Notes under the pieces: model-generated
The model's input: only the letters and a program-made list of their open reading frames with translations
Database searches by the model: none
What the model was told of the DNA's origin: nothing
Translations under genes and position numbers: made by a program
Virus record (IMG/VR): IMGVR_UViG_3300028920_002946
Span: 96,001-160,000 of that record
DNA: 64,000 nucleotides
Reading direction: 5' to 3' (one strand)
DNA from: a virus
Part shown: positions 62,622-64,000 of the stretch, piece by piece
Numbering within the stretch: the stretch's first letter is position 1
Layout of the letters: the number at the start of each line of letters is the position of its first letter

Positions 62622-63224
62622 TCACTCGGACGGGATGTTTTCCCTGAAGTCCTTCTGCTTGATGTGCGGGACGCCCGGGTACTTGTCCCGCACATAAGCT
62701 TCAACCCCGGTCACATCGGGGAACTCGATGAAGGCCGTGGTCCGTATCTCCACGGGCAGCTTGTGGGAGAGGATGTCCTCCATTGTCTCGTTGACCGCCG
62801 TGAGGTACTCGTCGGCGCTGATCGGCTTCCCTATGATCGGCCCGACGTTCTCCACCGCCTTCAAGTCCACGCTGTAGGCGTCGACCAGCCCCTCCTCGTT
62901 CAGCGCGTGTACGACGGGGGGCGAGTAGCCGTTTGTGTACACCTTGGTCAGCAGTCCCTTGGATCTTGCGTGACGGCAGGCCTCCAAGAGGCCCTTCTCC
63001 CATATGGTAGGTTCGCCGCCCAGGAACACGACCGCATCGTGGAGCGGCGTGACCAGGACATCGATCATCTCGATGGCGTCGCCGATGACGTTGTCGGGGT
63101 TGACGATTTGCTCGTAGTTGTAACAGCCGACGCACTTGAAGTTGCAGCCGAGGGAGAAGAGGATCACGGAAATGTGATTCTCGTACTCCTGGAAGCCCTC
63201 CTGTATGTAGCTCACTATCTTCAT
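62622..63224 (-). CDS. nrdG: Anaerobic ribonucleotide reductase activase (radical SAM)
   Basis: GCNFKCVGCYN, FLGGEPT, YTNG, EIRTT; follows nrdD. Confidence 0.88.
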   Translation of the reverse strand: MKIVSYIQEGFQEYENHISVILFSLGCNFKCVGCYNYEQIVNPDNVIGDAIEMIDVLVTPLHDAVVFLGGEPTIWEKGLLEACRHARSKGLLTKVYTNGYSPPVVHALNEEGLVDAYSVDLKAVENVGPIIGKPISADEYLTAVNETMEDILSHKLPVEIRTTAFIEFPDVTGVEAYVRDKYPGVPHIKQKDFRENIPSE

Positions 63225-63240
63225 GTCATTTCCTCGCGGC

Positions 63241-64000
63241 TTACCCGCCGACGGACACAAGCTGCCCGTTGCGGTAGAACACCCTCTTCGGGTACTCCCA
63301 GTCCCTGCGGATCCGGTTCCAGCTGCTGACCGGCGTGATGAACCCCACCACCCGCGTGTACTGCCGGACGATTTTCTCCCCGCATATCTTGCAGGTTTCG
63401 TGTTTTCCAATGGTGTAGTGCTCCCGCGCGCACTCGCTGTAGGCGTAGTTCACCGCGAAGTAGACGGTCCCGGTCTTCCGGGCCATGTCCATCATCCTCT
63501 TGAATTGGACCGGCGACAGGGGCTTCTCATCGTCTACGTTGATGTGGAGAATGGCCCCGCCGGTCGTCAGCTGGTCGATGCTGCCCTGGATGCGGAAGCG
63601 ATCATAGATGGAACCCTCCTCGATGAGCGGGATGTACTGGTTCGAGTAGATCTTGAACTTCTTCGGGTTGTACCCCATAAGGGTGTCCAGCTCGCAGAGC
63701 CTGACGGCCATGGACTCGCCGGGGATCTGCTCGATGTTGTAGATGTTGCCCTCCGATCGTTCGTCCGACTGCCACCGGAGTATGTTGGACTCGACATTTT
63801 TCAAGACCTCGGCGAGCGCGTCGACCCCGTCGTTCGTCCGGATGTCCAGCCCCTTGTTGGACACGTACTCGTGTGCGCCGATGAAGCCGATGGTCGAGTA
63901 CTGCTTGCGCAGATGTATCCAGTCATACGTGTAGAGCGGCATGTTCCCGCTGGCGATGAGGTGCTTGATGAGCTGCCGGTGCGCGTAGAGGATCTTGTGC
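63241..64000 (-). CDS. nrdD: Anaerobic (class III) ribonucleotide reductase, C-terminal part
   Basis: YSTIGFIGAHE, YNIEQIPGES, TGGAILHIN, Zn-ribbon CKIC, glycyl-radical loop YTRVVGFITPV. Confidence 0.93.
   Translation of the reverse strand, partial: HKILYAHRQLIKHLIASGNMPLYTYDWIHLRKQYSTIGFIGAHEYVSNKGLDIRTNDGVDALAEVLKNVESNILRWQSDERSEGNIYNIEQIPGESMAVRLCELDTLMGYNPKKFKIYSNQYIPLIEEGSIYDRFRIQGSIDQLTTGGAILHINVDDEKPLSPVQFKRMMDMARKTGTVYFAVNYAYSECAREHYTIGKHETCKICGEKIVRQYTRVVGFITPVSSWNRIRRDWEYPKRVFYRNGQLVSVGG

Noticed and set aside
1-64000. tRNA, rRNA, integrase, transposase, reverse transcriptase/DGR and genetic-code reassignment
   Set aside because: None recognised by eye; genes end normally at TAA, TAG and TGA with tight packing. 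A tRNAscan/Infernal run would be needed to exclude small RNAs.

Overview
High-GC segment of a large (jumbo-type) tailed dsDNA bacteriophage genome; no host housekeeping operons, tRNAs, rRNAs or CRISPR arrays were recognised. Minus strand 1-21 kb: virion morphogenesis (intein-containing prohead protease that runs off the window start and is absent from the ORF track, portal, a 1342-aa tail/baseplate-type protein, terminase large subunit, many head-type proteins), interrupted by a small island (RHH repressor, hypothetical gene, secreted LamG-like protein). Minus strand 21-35.7 kb: ADP-ribosylglycohydrolase, sigma-region-4-like regulator, 5'-3' exonuclease, NusG paralogue, DnaX/HolA/HolB clamp loader, primase, Dam methylase with an antisense LAGLIDADG gene inside it, patatin. 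A divergent control region at 34.9-36.0 kb separates this from a plus-strand block: three C5-cytosine methyltransferases (one with an intein; all three with overlapping +1-frame ORFs and arrays of repeated modules), RecD2-like helicase, HU, SSB-like, RuvC, RecA, split SbcC with SbcD, Cas4-like nuclease, beta clamp, NYN RNase, glycosyltransferase, further late-type genes and DnaJ. The window ends with anaerobic RNR genes nrdG/nrdD on the minus strand. Most notable: (1) two tandem M.EcoHK31I-like two-frame methyltransferases whose alternative-frame subunit carries a variable array of TRD-like modules; (2) a [KR]-x-A-[AS] motif concentrated in head-module proteins, a candidate prohead-protease site; (3) a homing endonuclease inserted antisense and in frame inside dam with its own promoter; (4) two recurrent promoter-like motif classes. 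All protein assignments come from motifs read by eye; no database search was run.
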